Positions 12,852-26,600 of a DNA stretch of 64,000 nucleotides are shown piece after piece. The notes beneath the pieces are model-generated. The model was not told the DNA's origin. It saw only the letters and a program-made list of their open reading frames with translations, and did no database searches. A program made the position numbers and the translations under genes. Each line of letters begins with the position of its first letter. Positions within the stretch are counted from its first letter, which is position 1. Location: assembly GCA_964016885.1 (NCBI GenBank), contig OZ024744.1, forward strand, positions 29,512,001 to 29,576,000, given 5' to 3'. Source of the DNA: Eledone cirrhosa (taxonomy: Eukaryota).

Positions 12852-14531
12852 AACGAGTAGGACCCCGACGGCTGAGCTCAAGCCGTTTCGACGGCTAGTT
12901 CTGGACTAAATGAACATTTTTATCCTGGTACATGAATAGCCGAGCTTCCCAGGGGGTAATTCCATATATGGTAAAAGTGATTGTCACAAGGATTGGTCAA
13001 AAGTTTGTTGTTGAGACACATCATTCTATCATGGCAATTTGTGGAAGGAAGGGGTAGCTGAACCTGCCAGTAGAAGAAAGAGGGAGAGGGAGGGGAGGAA
13101 ACCCAGCCGTGCGTTGATAGTGCCAACGACAGCAGGATCCTAAGGGCAGGAGGTGAAGAAAGTATAATAGGGAGGCGGAGGAGGAGGAAGTAGAAACAGT
13201 AAGTAAATCAATATAGAGTAAATATATAGAAGAATAATAAGAATGTTAAAAATTTGAAAAAAATTTCTGGTTACTATTCCCTTACCACCATCATCAAGTC
13301 TCTCACTGGTACTGCTAAACTATAGAGAAGTTTACTAGGTGTGTTGGAATTGTAGTGAGAGAATTTTATGAGTTAGTAGTAATCAACCGAATCTATCTTA
13401 CAGTGACGGGTCAACAAGTAGGGGGCCAAAATACTAAAGAAACTACTACGAAATAATAATTCAGAGTCCCGAAACTAATACGAGATAATAATTCAGAATC
13501 CCGAAAAAGAATACTAATACTATATATAAGGGTACGGCTACGATACAAAAATTCGTACGAGCATCTATGTAGTTTGTATTAGAATTTTAGTATCGTAGCG
13601 GTACCCTTATATATAGTATTAGAGGTTACCTATTACAAAGTCGGCAAGTGGGGTGTTACAGCCCTTGTCTATCCCCCCCTCCCCGGGTCATTATGGGGTT
13701 TGAGGGCGAGGTAAGTCCTACGCAATCTGTGTTTGCATGCAGTTACCAGTTCGTCTTTCTTGTTTAGGAGTTGGTCCTTCGAAAACAGCATTTGTAAAGT
13801 TTCCTCCGAGCATAAATTGCACGGACGGCGGCCTCCCGTGTAAGAGTTGGCTCTGGACAGTAAGCTCCAAGTGAGATAATATTATTATCTTTGAGGTCCC
13901 AGATGTGGCCCGAAAGTGTGGTGGCGGGACGCCGGGCCGGGTTTCGAAAAGTATGTCTGTGTTGGTATAGCCGGGTCTTGAAGTCACATGCGGTTAATCC
14001 TATATAAGCTTTGTTGGAGGTGTCCGTCCTCACGTTGCACTGGTAGATCACATTACGATCTCTGCATCTGTTGTCGAGGGGGCAAATGGATCCATCAGGA
14101 CAGTTGCATCTCCTGGTCGGCTCTCCACTGCTATTAAGATTATTTCTTCCATAGGGGTTGAGTTTTTTGTTGTGAGAGGAGACGATGTTTTGTGCAAAGT
14201 TAGGTGTGATGCTGTAGGAGAGTTTGATGGTATTTTTATTGATTATGTTGTGGTAGCGGTGTTGTAGTGGGAAGTGTTTTTCGATGAGCCTAAAGAAGAT
14301 TTTCCCGATAGGTGTTGTCACCTCGGCGTTGTGGGGGAGGATTGAACCATGTAACATTGCGTGAGCGGCGGTGTCCCCTGCTGGTTCCCCTAATGGAAGC
14401 TGGACAGTAGGATATTTCCTCCCGGAAGCCACTCCGCTTGAGGGCCTGGTTGTAATAAGGCGCATGTTCCTCGAATATCTGCTCATTAGCGGACAAACGA
14501 GATATGCGGAGGGAGATGTTTTTAACCAGGT

Positions 14532-14532
<1 letters not shown>
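12850..14532 (-). mobile_element. 5'-truncated Penelope-like element
   Basis: SANEQIFEEHAPYYNQAL, VTWFNPP, IKLSYSITPN, CNC..CPLDNRC, VIYQC..YIGLTACDFKTRLYQHRHTF (GIY-YIG); frameshifted; flanked by (TA)n. Confidence 0.85.
12862..12957 (-). ncRNA. Hammerhead with long stem II, hairpin stem III and a decayed core
   Basis: acccc CTG-GGAAG ..cggcta..tagccg tc GAAA cggct-tgagctc-agccg TC ggggt. Confidence 0.55.
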
Positions 14533-14627
<95 letters not shown>

Positions 14628-14783
14628 TCGCTTCTGAATTTGTTTAGCAAGATTCTTATTGGCAACATGACCCTCCCAAAGCATAACAATATATATATAT
14701 ATATATATACATAAGACGGGCAGGCAAGGCGATACTGATAGTCTCACATACGTGCGAGTTAAACATACATACACACGCACACA

Positions 14784-15129
<346 letters not shown>

Positions 15130-15133
15130 ATAT

Positions 15134-15173
<40 letters not shown>

Positions 15174-15295
15174 GACAAACATAGAATATTCGAAAATATT
15201 CTGTATGTTTATAATAAACATTTTGAAGACCCAATCGCTATAGAATAGAATACGTCACGTATTACAATTTGAGATTCTCGATAAAAGCAAGGGAA

Positions 15296-15338
15296 GTAAC
15301 CTACGCGTTTCATTCTTGTTAGAAATCATCAGGATTAC
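15296..15338 (-). ncRNA. Type I hammerhead ribozyme
   Basis: gtaatc CTGATGA t-ttct-aaca-agaa-t GAAA cgcg TA ggttac. Confidence 0.85.
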
Positions 15339-15607
15339 ATATCCAATGCTTTTATCGAGAACGACACAGCTAGAGACTTATAGAATACTTAGCTGTGTAC
15401 AGGAACTGGTTTGAAAGAGCGGTAGCCGGTCCGGCAGAAATTAGAATTTGGATTTAATGCTCTGAAATAGCTATATATATGTGAAGACAAACATAGAATA
15501 TTCGAAAATATTCTGTATGTCTATAATAAACATTTTGAAGACCCAATCGCTATAGAATAGAATACGTCACGTATTACAATTTGAGATTCTCGATAAAAGC
15601 AAGGGAA

Positions 15608-15650
15608 GTAACCTACGCGTTTCATTCTTGTTAGAAATCATCAGGATTAC
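15608..15650 (-). ncRNA. Type I hammerhead ribozyme
   Basis: Identical to 15296-15338, 312 bp away in the same orientation. Confidence 0.85.
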
Positions 15651-15966
15651 ATATCCAATGCTTTTATTTTCTAACAAGAATGAAACGCGTAGGTTACTTC
15701 CCTTGCTTTTATCGAGAATCTCAAACTGTTTGTTACAACCGACACGGTAAAAGGATTAGCAACTGGCAACCGATAGGACTCTATCTCTCAACTAGCCACT
15801 GATTTACAAATTTTACGTGGGGACGGGAAGCTAAACAGTATCAATCTTTTAGTTCCTGTCAGAAGCACTCAGCCAACGTGTCTCACACACAAATTATCAA
15901 GGGGTGAAAAGATGGCTATTAGAAATAGCAGTTCACATTGATATAAAATAGAATGATAGCATTCGG

Positions 15967-16152
<186 letters not shown>

Positions 16153-16154
16153 TG

Positions 16155-16187
<33 letters not shown>

Positions 16188-16433
16188 GGTTGCCAAAAAC
16201 ATATATATATCTATGACTTATGTATATGTAAATCTTTATATTTGATAATCTCTCATATGGTTGAGATGCAATTTAGGCAATATTAGGCTGCGCTTTCTAT
16301 CAACCAGCCCACTCGCCGTAAGGCACCAATCACATTCTTTCTGACTAGACCACTGCCACGTCACCATTCTTAGCCATTTTGAATTCGTTTCTGGCGGGGA
16401 TCATGTAAGAAAAACTTTCGTCCAAGTGAGTTT

Positions 16434-16515
16434 GTTTCCTGATGATTTCGAAGCTCGTGAATTTATCCTTGATCGGATATTTCCAAAACCGAATCAAATC
16501 CCATGGGGTAGAAAC
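16434..16515 (+). ncRNA. Hammerhead motif with G12>C change (probably inactive)
   Basis: gtttc CTGATGA tttcg..cgaat CAAA tccc-at-gggg TA gaaac. Confidence 0.6.
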
Positions 16516-16805
16516 GTGATTTTGGTATGTTTATATACATTTTTTCTTCTAACTTTGATTTTATAATTAATTGTGAATGGTTGACGATATATTTAATCGA
16601 TTTCCACGTGCTATTAGAAATGCTGGGTAAATATTCTATAGCTGTTGATCGTGAATAGATATCTGTCGTTTATTTATCTATTATTTCTTCATAGGTGTCT
16701 TTTAATCTTATAGCCTTGTTTAATTGTTTTTTGTGTGGTTGATTATGCTGATTGGGAGAACAAATAATGTATATATTTTATCAAATGATTCTATGGACAT
16801 ACTTT

Positions 16806-16873
<68 letters not shown>

Positions 16874-17390
16874 CAATATATACACATATATATATAATAT
16901 ATATATATATATATTTAAAATTAGTCCTTCATCAGTGATTTTCCAACCTTCATTGGTATTTCAACGCTTTAAAAATCATATACCTCTAGTTGGTGCGAGC
17001 AATAGCTAAATAAAGCTATTGGGACAAGTAATATAGCGTGAAGCGAGCGAGATATGTAAACAAAGAAAACGGTATTTTACCGGAAACATAGGAAGAAACA
17101 ATTACATGATATCTATTAAGCTTAAGCTTGGTGAATTCATGGACGAGAGAGATATACAGACCATCCGACATGGGTGAGATGTGAGCGAGAAAAGGATTTC
17201 ACACAGGTCAAACGGGAGGAAGTGAGAGAAGGGGAGAAGCAGAGAGTAAGTGGATGGAAGTGTGAGGAAGAGGCCAGTCGAGAGAGAGTGTGACTATAAA
17301 AGGACTAATTTTATTCATATGTAACCCATGTGCAACCACGCAGCACTCCATTCTTATTTATATTTTTTCCTTAGCTGCGATTGTCATGTA

Positions 17391-18323
17391 TAGAATCACT
17401 TCTATATATGACTCCTGGTAATCTCTGGGTCATTGCATGTCTGGTTGCATGGCAAAGTTAAATATCACTAGGGTAGTCCAGAGATCTACTTCAAACTGCT
17501 TCAAACTGCTTCAAAACCAAATACAATTCGCACCTCCACTCTTTCAAAAAACACAGTCTAGCCAACTCCACTTCACTATCTAGCTACTAAAAATAAACCA
17601 TATACACTTAAATGGGAAGTGATAGGTAACGCGAAATCGTACAAACCACCTAATAAATTTGGTAACCTCTGTCTACTAGAGACCCATACTATCATCTTCT
17701 CAAACCATAACCTCCTTAATAAAAAATCAGAAGTGTTCGCGTCTTGCCAACACCGCTTCCGACACTCTTTCCAAAACTTTAAATCCAATATATAACAATG
17801 TCAGACTTGAACCCGTCACCACCTCTAGCAACAAACATCAGGGGCACACTTTACACCTCATCTCCACACCCATTAATCCACTTTAACGCAAATAGTGACA
17901 TCCTCCTAGTACCTTTTACTCTAGAGATATCCCTATGTACTTCTACTTTTGGTATATTGGCCTTCAATTACTTAGACTACATTACACCAATATATAATTA
18001 ATGTAAACTTTAAGCACGGAATTGGTTGTGCTAACATTGTCCTGTGTATGGAGTGCCATCATTGGATAAATGGAAGATTAAGCAATTAATTTATTAACAT
18101 AATTTATTAACATAAAAGAGCTATATAATCTATATGCTGAGTGTAATGAATTATGTACAGGTGATGTATGAGTTATAAATACATGTATGACTTGATGGTC
18201 AGATTAGTGTCTTTGTTAGTGAGAATTGATCTCTGGACTACCCTAGTGATATTTAACTTTGCCATGCAATCAGACATGCAATGACCCAGAGCTTACCAGG
18301 AGTCATATATAGAAGTGATTCTA
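17391..18323. repeat. ~96-bp inverted repeat enclosing ~740 bp
   Basis: 17391-17486 is the reverse complement of ~18227-18323. Confidence 0.8.
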
Positions 18324-19316
18324 ATAAGACCCTGCCAGGTTCTGCGGGTGGACTACACTTACAAAGATCATTGATTTGGAGATCTGACTCTTCATGTAAA
18401 ATATTCGGTTGTAGCACTCTAAGATAGAAGGTAATCATCCTAATATGAACACCTTTAGTACTTCTTGATAGACTACACTGTAATTTATAGATAAGATACT
18501 TAAATTTAGAAATTGTTTATAACCTTATATGATAGGGACTCATTTGAGACACCATTAATGTAAATTTAGCTATAGAAATCAGCTAGTTACCCCCCCCCCC
18601 CCCCCCCTTACGCATTAACTCCCCTTAATCACACACACACACTTCCGGAATATAATACGATGTCAACTCTCACAACAAAATCAACCTTCTCTATAGAATC
18701 GAATTAGAGAACGACAAGCTGTGATGTTCTAACATGGTCCACCAGGCACCCAATGTTGAATCATCGTGGATTGTGTGATGGACATGTAGTCTATAAATTG
18801 CGTTTCCTGGATTGTGAGAGTGGTGGTGTGTACGAGGACAGTGGTGCTGTTTTGCTTCTCATTTGTAATATTTTTGATCTTTTTGGTGTTTCTCTACACA
18901 CGGGCTTCTATATCGTACAGGTGTGTGTGAAAAATGCTTTACCAGTACAGCCCCTATGATGCTCTTGATTGCCTGCTTTGACTGCTTGTTTTACATGTAA
19001 CAATCTGCCGCACTATAATCTTGTATAAATAGGACACGCGTGCATGCCTCACGTGTGACTGTTGCATACACTGGCTACTCCAAACTTTCATCTTGCTTTA
19101 TCTTCGTAAACTGCCAATGTTTTATTTTAATTTTAATTCAAATTTTAATTTTAACTTTAATTTTGTCCTTTAATATGACTGTAATTTTTGTATGTAAATT
19201 GCCATGCTATGTTATTATAATGGCTGTCAACCCACTGTGGGTCAATATATACATACGTTTCTATATGTCTCTTGTGTTGAAAAGGAGGTCAAGTATGTAA
19301 AAAAATCACTGAATAA

Positions 19317-19365
19317 TTGCTCCGAAGAAGTCAAACCTCGGTTTGGAAGAAACAATTGTAAGCAA
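19317..19365 (+). ncRNA. Hammerhead motif with U4>C change, at the end of an old PLE remnant
   Basis: ttgct CCGAAGA ag-t-caaacc-tc-ggtttg-gaa GAAA caattg TA agcaa. Confidence 0.6.
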
Positions 19366-19802
19366 ATAAATGATTTAAACAGAACTTTGATTCATGTAAT
19401 TTCTATATAACTGTGCTCTGTAAAACAACTGATGTTGTTACATTGAGCTATTTATCTTACTGGTAATAAGATAGTAATAAATTACTGTCTTTCACTATTT
19501 AGGGTTTAAAAAATATATATAACTATAAAAGGTTTTAGTATATACATAACCATAAATAGTATCCTTAATACTATATATACATATATATATTTCGTTTCTG
19601 AATTTGTTTAGCAAGATTCTTTATCTGAAAGCGTGTGTTGAAACCGATATTGTTATACTTTGGGAGGGTCATGTGGCCAATAAGAAACACACGCACCAGT
19701 TGCTTTCACTTCAATTTATTATAAATTAAATTTATAAATTTAGGAATTTATAAATTTCTGGTTGGTTGGTTGGTTCCACAACCAGACGATTGTTCATATA
19801 TT

Positions 19803-19845
19803 GTCAAAGTTCTTTCGTCACACATTCTATGACCTCTTCAGTGAC
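19803..19845 (-). ncRNA. Minimal hammerhead ribozyme in pLTR
   Basis: gtca CTGAAGA g gtcata-gaatg-tgtgac GAAA gaac TT tgac. Confidence 0.7.
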
Positions 19846-22290
19846 TGGGATTATTTTCTTTGTTTTTGTGCCTCTCCTTTGTTCTGTCCTACGCCATCTT
19901 GTTTTTGTGTGTGTTGTGTCCTTAGTTTGCGCATGTGTTACATCCGGATGTCTGTGTGTGTTTATATTCGTTTACTTATTTATTTATTTACATGTTACTG
20001 GTTGGTTGTTTGTTCTATGTGCGTGTGTGTATTTTCATTTTGTCCTTAATTGTAAGGTGTGATGTTGCTGTTCCACTCATGTTTTCTATTTAATTATGGT
20101 TGGTGTTCATTTATGTTTATTGCCTCTGTGATTTGTCTAAACATTGCGTCTTTTCTGAGTGTAGATTCTATTTTTATTTCTATGTTCTCTAATTTACCCT
20201 TATCTTCTATTTTAGCATCTTGGTAGAGTACAGATGATTCTTTACTATCTTGAAGGTCTCGCCAGTGTTCATTTATCCGTTCCCCTATACTACGAGCTGT
20301 CTCACCTATGTACACTATATTTTTATCTCTACATTGTCCTTCAGTACATCTTATGTTATATACTACATTTCTAGTTTTACAGTTAATATGGGGGCTTAAT
20401 TTACAGATTATACATTTCTTATCTATACAGGGAGGTCTTTGAAAAGTGTATGTATTGCTAATAAGTGTTTTTATGGAGGTACCTGGTCTTTCTACTATCT
20501 TAATATTGAGTTTATGTTTATCTAGGGCCCTTCTAAATTTGTAAGCTAATTCACCTCTAGGGGTTGTATCGATGAACATTACACTCTGGTATTTATTGCT
20601 ATCATACCATGAGTTTATTCTATTAACCTTATTCCTAATTCTTTCTATTTTATTCCAAAATTTGCTCCTATACAAGGGGCAGGTCCCATTTGTGTCATTA
20701 TTTACCATTTTTTCCCGTTTGGTTCTGGCTCCTCTATATACTCTGATTTTATCTCTATGGTTGTAACCAGAGAACTGCATACGGTAGATGAAGTGTTGTA
20801 TGTGTCTCTCTAGTTTTTTGGGGTTGCACATGCGGGACACATTTCTCATCACCCGTACCAAATCTACAATCAGTATGTTGATTTTGGTATGGCCCGAAAC
20901 AGCTGAGTTTCGGTGGATCAGATATTTGGAAGTCATGGGTTTGGCATAATGGGAATGGAGGATTTGTTTATTGTTATTAATGGTATCTACAGGTAATCGA
21001 TGGTTGGGGTGTTTGCTTGGGTAGTCTATAGTAACTCTAATACTCTGGTGGATGGAGTTAGCTATTTGCTGGATGCTTTCCATTGTGTTTTTCTTTACTT
21101 CCTGACTGTTCTCTAGTGGGGGTGTTTTTACTACGATGTTTATATCATCAACGTAGCGGAAGTACATTATCAGGGTTATGAGGTTGCTGTCTTCTAATTG
21201 TTCTCTAAGTTTAAGTTTAAGTCTACTGTCCCACCATACCATGAATATGTTAGCCTATGTCACCTGCAATGCAAACACCAATGGCTGCTCCCTCCTCTTG
21301 GGCATATGTTTTTCCATTAAATTTGAGCATATGTTCCTTAAGGGTTAATTTTATACTGGCCCCCACCGCATGTGCAATCATTTTCTTTAGTTCATCGTGG
21401 TTTTCGCGGGTCCGTATGGCCCTGGTCCATCTGTTCCATCTATCTGTGTGGGTTTTCTTGGCCATTGAGGTAATGGTAGGTGGTCTGCCTCTTGCTGGTC
21501 TTGTAGGGCACAGGTTGCCAAGGTCATATGTATCTAAGTAATTATTACTATAGGAAAGTTTAAGTAGGAGTCCCAGCTCACTGGTATCAATCCCACAGAA
21601 TTCAACATTGCTCTCACTGATCATTTCTACGCATTTTTCCACAGCAAAATCCACGTCAATAGATGGATACAGGGACACAACATCCATACTACCTATTATG
21701 CAGTTTGTTAGGTCCCTAGATCGGTTACTTTCGCTGATTCTGCTGAAGAGGTCCTCCGTGCTGTCACATATATCTGGGGACATTTCAATGATGGGGCGTA
21801 TGATCAGGGAGAGGAAGTAGGAAAGTCTCTAGTTACTACCAATGTTAGCTCCACAGATTGGCCGTGTTGGTGGTCCTGTGACAGGGTCACTGCTCGTTTT
21901 ATGGTCTTTTCGAAGCCCATACAACCCTGGAACGTCATTGTTCCAGGCCTGGAAGTTGTTGGCAGTCCTTTTGTTGGGCTGCATTATATTTGTCCACATC
22001 ATCATATGGGCATTGAGGGTTTTTTCCCTATCATCATTCTCTTGTGGTGTTACTTCTCTTGTGTTAGTGATGTGGAGTTGCATTGCTTGGATGTAAATAA
22101 ATAAACAAATATAAATAAATAAATGATAAATAAACAAAATATAAATAAACAAATGATAAATAAACAAATATAAACTCACACAGACACTCGGATGTAACAC
22201 ATGCGCAAACTAAGCACACAACACACACAAACACATGATGGCGTAGGACAGAACAAAGGAGAGGCACAAAAACAAAGAAAATAATCCCCA

Positions 22291-22333
22291 GTCACTGAAG
22301 AGGTCACATAATGTGTGACGAAAGAACTTTGAC
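22291..22333 (+). ncRNA. Minimal hammerhead ribozyme in inverted pLTR
   Basis: gtca CTGAAGA g gtcaca-taatg-tgtgac GAAA gaac TT tgac. Confidence 0.7.
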
Positions 22334-22975
22334 AATATATGAACAATCGTCTGGTTGTGGAACCAACCAACCAGCCGGAAATTTATAAATTCCTAAATTT
22401 ATAAATTTAATTTATAATAAATTGAAGTAAAAGCAATTGTGCGTGTGTTTCTTATTGGCAACATGACCCTCCCAAAGTATAACAATATATATATATATTT
22501 ATTTATTTATTAAAATAAAAGATTAAAGTTTAAGCAAAAAAATCGCTGCTTTCACCCTTAACGGGATCTTCTGAAACTATGAAAAATTAAAAAATCAATC
22601 TGTGTACGCAGAAGTAAATATTACGAAAAACGTTGCAACCGAAGGAAAACAGGAAGACGATATTTTGGTCCGGTAAGACTCCATTTATAACATAAATTGG
22701 TTTTGTCATTGCGTGGTGTAATTATTCTCACCGCTCCACATAACGACGTATTATCTTCGCTTTTTTCCGTTCATTTCCAGCGAACGTCTTCACGAATATA
22801 TATACGTATATATACACATACATATACACATACATATACACATACATATACATATTTACATACACAAGTATATAGATATATAGAGAGAAAAATGTAAAAA
22901 ACACACAATATCTAAATTAAATACATACAAAAATAAAAGTTACATCCATATACACACACACACACACGACACAGA

Positions 22976-23031
<56 letters not shown>

Positions 23032-23033
23032 AC

Positions 23034-23084
<51 letters not shown>

Positions 23085-23649
23085 CAGACATACACACACA
23101 AACATGCATATATACATATATACGCACATACACGCACGCACAGACACACACACATATTATATATATATATATACTAGCAGTTTAGCCCGGCGTTGCTCGG
23201 GTTTGTTAATTTGCTATGAAAAGTTACATACAGGTAAACGTGGCTTGAAAGCGAATAAGCTTATCAATTAAGTGTATATAGCAGTTGAACCGGTTATTAA
23301 AAGTTACGAACCAATTAGCATTTTGGACAATCAATGATGGGTTAATAATCTTCCAAAAGCGAATTTAGCAGACCAAAGTTGTAAAATGGTGGCCCTGATG
23401 CCGCTGGGTGTCAGATCTGTCCACCATGGGTGACCCTACCAGGAAATAGTTTTCCAGACGGCATAGCTCCAACACCTCCAACACCTGCACCAACATCTAT
23501 AGCACCTCTTTGTAGACGATATTGCGTGTCATCCCTTGAGGAGTGTAAGCAAAAAGTCCATTCCTGCTCCCTACGCGGGAACAGGTAATATAGAGTTGGC
23601 CATGGGAGAAGCATGGCTCCCCCAAATGGATGCCCGCCACCGACAATGT

Positions 23650-26600
23650 TAATGGACATGGCAAAACATGGTCTCACCGGGATTGGGATCGCCGGAAATC
23701 GAACGGGATATCTGACGCCGAGGGGAAAAGGATCATCCTTGGAATGAAAACATTCTCCCCTCTCCCGCACGCCGTTACAAAGGTGGCCTCGATCAAGTGG
23801 GGCGTCAGTGACTTGACGACCTTGCGAGTACCGTTGCACTGCTTTGGTGGACGCAAGTTGCTTATTAGCATAATGGGACAGCCAACCCTAAGCTTAAGAA
23901 TGTGAGGTGGCAGCCCTGGGGGCTCAAGGGAATTTAATAACTCAACCAGATAATTAACGATATCGTCAGGGTCTGACATCAAGTCGATAGATTTGAAGAT
24001 GTGCGCTTTACCGGGAATCTTCTCAATCAGCTGCCCGTTAATAAAATTAACCATGGCATTTTTCGGAGCAAGGATCGCTCTTTCGCTGAGCCAGTCGAGG
24101 TTTTTAAAGTTAGATGAGACATTAGGAAAAACTGCTTCCAAAAGGTCAGAAGGGCTGCTCACAGTGTTGCACAGGGAGTCGATTGCTATGCCACCCTTGT
24201 CATCCGCCGGGACCTTGCCCTCACCAAGTGCTAAAATGTTCTGAGCAAATGCTGCAGACATGTTGTCACCATGCAAATGAGCACGCATATTTGTGCTCAG
24301 GTACAAACTCTTCACCTGGGGCCACAACGTGGACAACTTAAGGCAGGCACGCACTTCATCAGCTCTTGTCCCTTTAGGGATGACAGGCAGCGTTTGCCGA
24401 AAATCCCCTGATAGCAGAAGGGTTGCGCCACCCATAGGAGACGTAGAATCCCTAATGTATTTCAGGGTCCTGTCCAATGCCTCAAGGGCACCCTTGTGTG
24501 CCATTGTGCACTCATCCCAAACAGTGAGGCAACATTTTTTGAGAACTAGAGCTTCGTGTGAACTCTTGCTGATATTGCATGTTGGTGTCTCAGTTTTTAC
24601 TAAATCCAAGGGGAGTTTAAAGGTTCAATGTGCTGTCCTGCCTCCCGGCAGCAAAGTAGCAGCGATCCCGGACGATGCAACGGCCGACGTAATTTTTCTC
24701 TCCTGACGAATTTTAGCGAGAATCAATTTCGTTACAAAAGTTTTCCGGTACCCCCAGGAGCATCGAGAAAGTAAATACTCCCAGTCTGATTTTGAACCGC
24801 GTCAATGATTGTTAAATAGGCCAACCTTTGGTCCGACAGAAGTTTGGGCTCATTTTCCTCTGAGTATTGGGAAAGAGATTCGATATCATATGCTGTTTCC
24901 CGCAACAAATCCGGGGCCAACGTGTTATGAGTACCCTGTTGTAGATAATGTCGCTGTAACCAACTTCCACTGAATTATACTGCAGATGTGCCAGGCGCAG
25001 GAAGTCCTCAGACATGAAGTCTCTGTACTTGACCCATAAAGATTTGGGATCACCCAATTCACACTTTTGAAGCAAAATGGCAAAGAGTTCCTGTAGACCT
25101 TTAGGTGATTTCAACAAAGCACCCTCTGCTAAAGTGGAATCCCATCTTCCAAAAGACCACGCTTAAAGCAGGCCTCCCGGTACGTATCACATCTTTCTCC
25201 ATCAACAGTTTTGAGGTCCTGAAAACTTTGTGGGCCTACAACTTCATGCAGAAGAAGGCGGAGATGAAAGCACTCATGCGGACTTGGGAGCACAGTGTAA
25301 ACTCTTCCAAGACAGCTGTCGAATTTTACACCAGGATGTCTTTCAATAACATGACCTGACTTTCTTCGCATCCAAGTGTTTTTCGACCATATAAAGTAGG
25401 ATGGAACCTGGGGGTACACAATTGTTTGCGCAAATGTATCGAACTGGCAAAGTTTGAAGAAACCCGTCAGAGTGGTCTCTTTCGGATCGGCGGCCAACTT
25501 GGCGGCGGTTTGGACCGTAAAGTAAACCCTTTGCCCATTTTTCAAATGTACCGCAAGCTGTACGATGGCGGGGTGCTTTTGGTGTAGGGGGAAACCAAAT
25601 AGGCGCCAAAAATCTTCATTGCTACTGATGTACCGCCCGCCAGGTATTCTGTGACCTCGTCCCTGCTATTTTCAGCTTGAAATGCGAACATTGCGACATC
25701 AGAGCCCTTATTTACATATTTGCATGTGTATTTTATCGACTTGAGGGAGTTGCAAAACTCAACGTTTATGTGGGCGTTGAATATCTTCAAGAGAAGCGAG
25801 CAGTAAGGGACCACCCATCTATTGTCGACTTGACCTCCCTTTACTGTTCTGGTGAAGCCATATTCTCTGGCCGTCTCCGCCTGTACCTGTTGCCACCTGT
25901 CTGAGTCTCGTCAACAAATTATTTGGGGTATCCCTTACTGCACGACCCCCCCCCCCTTTCAGACACGTTTGATGCTCATTAGGACCCGACGCACAAGGAC
26001 CATGAATTATTATAGCTTTGACGATGTCATGTAATTCCTGGTCACCTGCTGGGTTAGGGATTTCAGCCGAAATGAAGCTGTCTATGGCGTTTGAATTGAT
26101 TTTATCAGTTAACCAAATCAAAATGTGAGCATGTGGCAGCCCTCTTTTTGCCATTCGACGGTTAACATGTCACATTTTACAGCCCCAAATACCTGACCCT
26201 TTTTTATTAAAGCCATGAGTTTAGCCAGTTTCAGTCTGAACACTCTGGCATTGAGGTCATGTCTGTTCGAATAATTTTGCCCAGGAAAAAGTTCACGGGT
26301 TATCTCAACCCATCTCGGATTACACGTGAATGTAATGAACAGATCTGGGCGACCATAATGGCGCACATGGCATCATGGGTTCTTTGGTGCATGTATCACC
26401 CCCCCCCCCCCCACAACGTAGCTAGAGGCAAGGATATAAACCTTTCCAAGGTTCCGGGGATCTGCATCATTCCTTCTGCCATCACGGAGGTGAATGTAAC
26501 ATTCAGAAGCAACTGTTTCTGATGCGTCTGAATGAAGCATAACCTTTCAGACTCCATTTTTACAGCCATATCAAATGCAAACTGATGGAAAAGCTCTCGT

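Larger units (their letters stand above)
15171..15729 (-). mobile_element. 312-bp tandem repeat (1.6 units) with one HHR per unit, plus a short inverted segment; retrozyme-like or PLE pseudo-LTR
   Basis: Units start at 15171 and 15483 and are near identical. 15668-15729 is an inverted partial copy. Confidence 0.75.
19590..22490 (-). mobile_element. Penelope-like element copy A (RT + GIY-YIG, 5'-truncated, inverted pLTR)
   Basis: IIGSMDVVSLYPSI, QEEGAAIG, YFRYVDD, VVYNIRC..YIGETARSIGERINEH. ~19650-19985 is the inverse of ~22150-22490. Frameshifts present. Confidence 0.92.

Noticed and set aside
23674-24609. Cellular PIF1 gene
   Set aside because: Lies within Helitron termini downstream of HUH Rep motifs and is frameshifted
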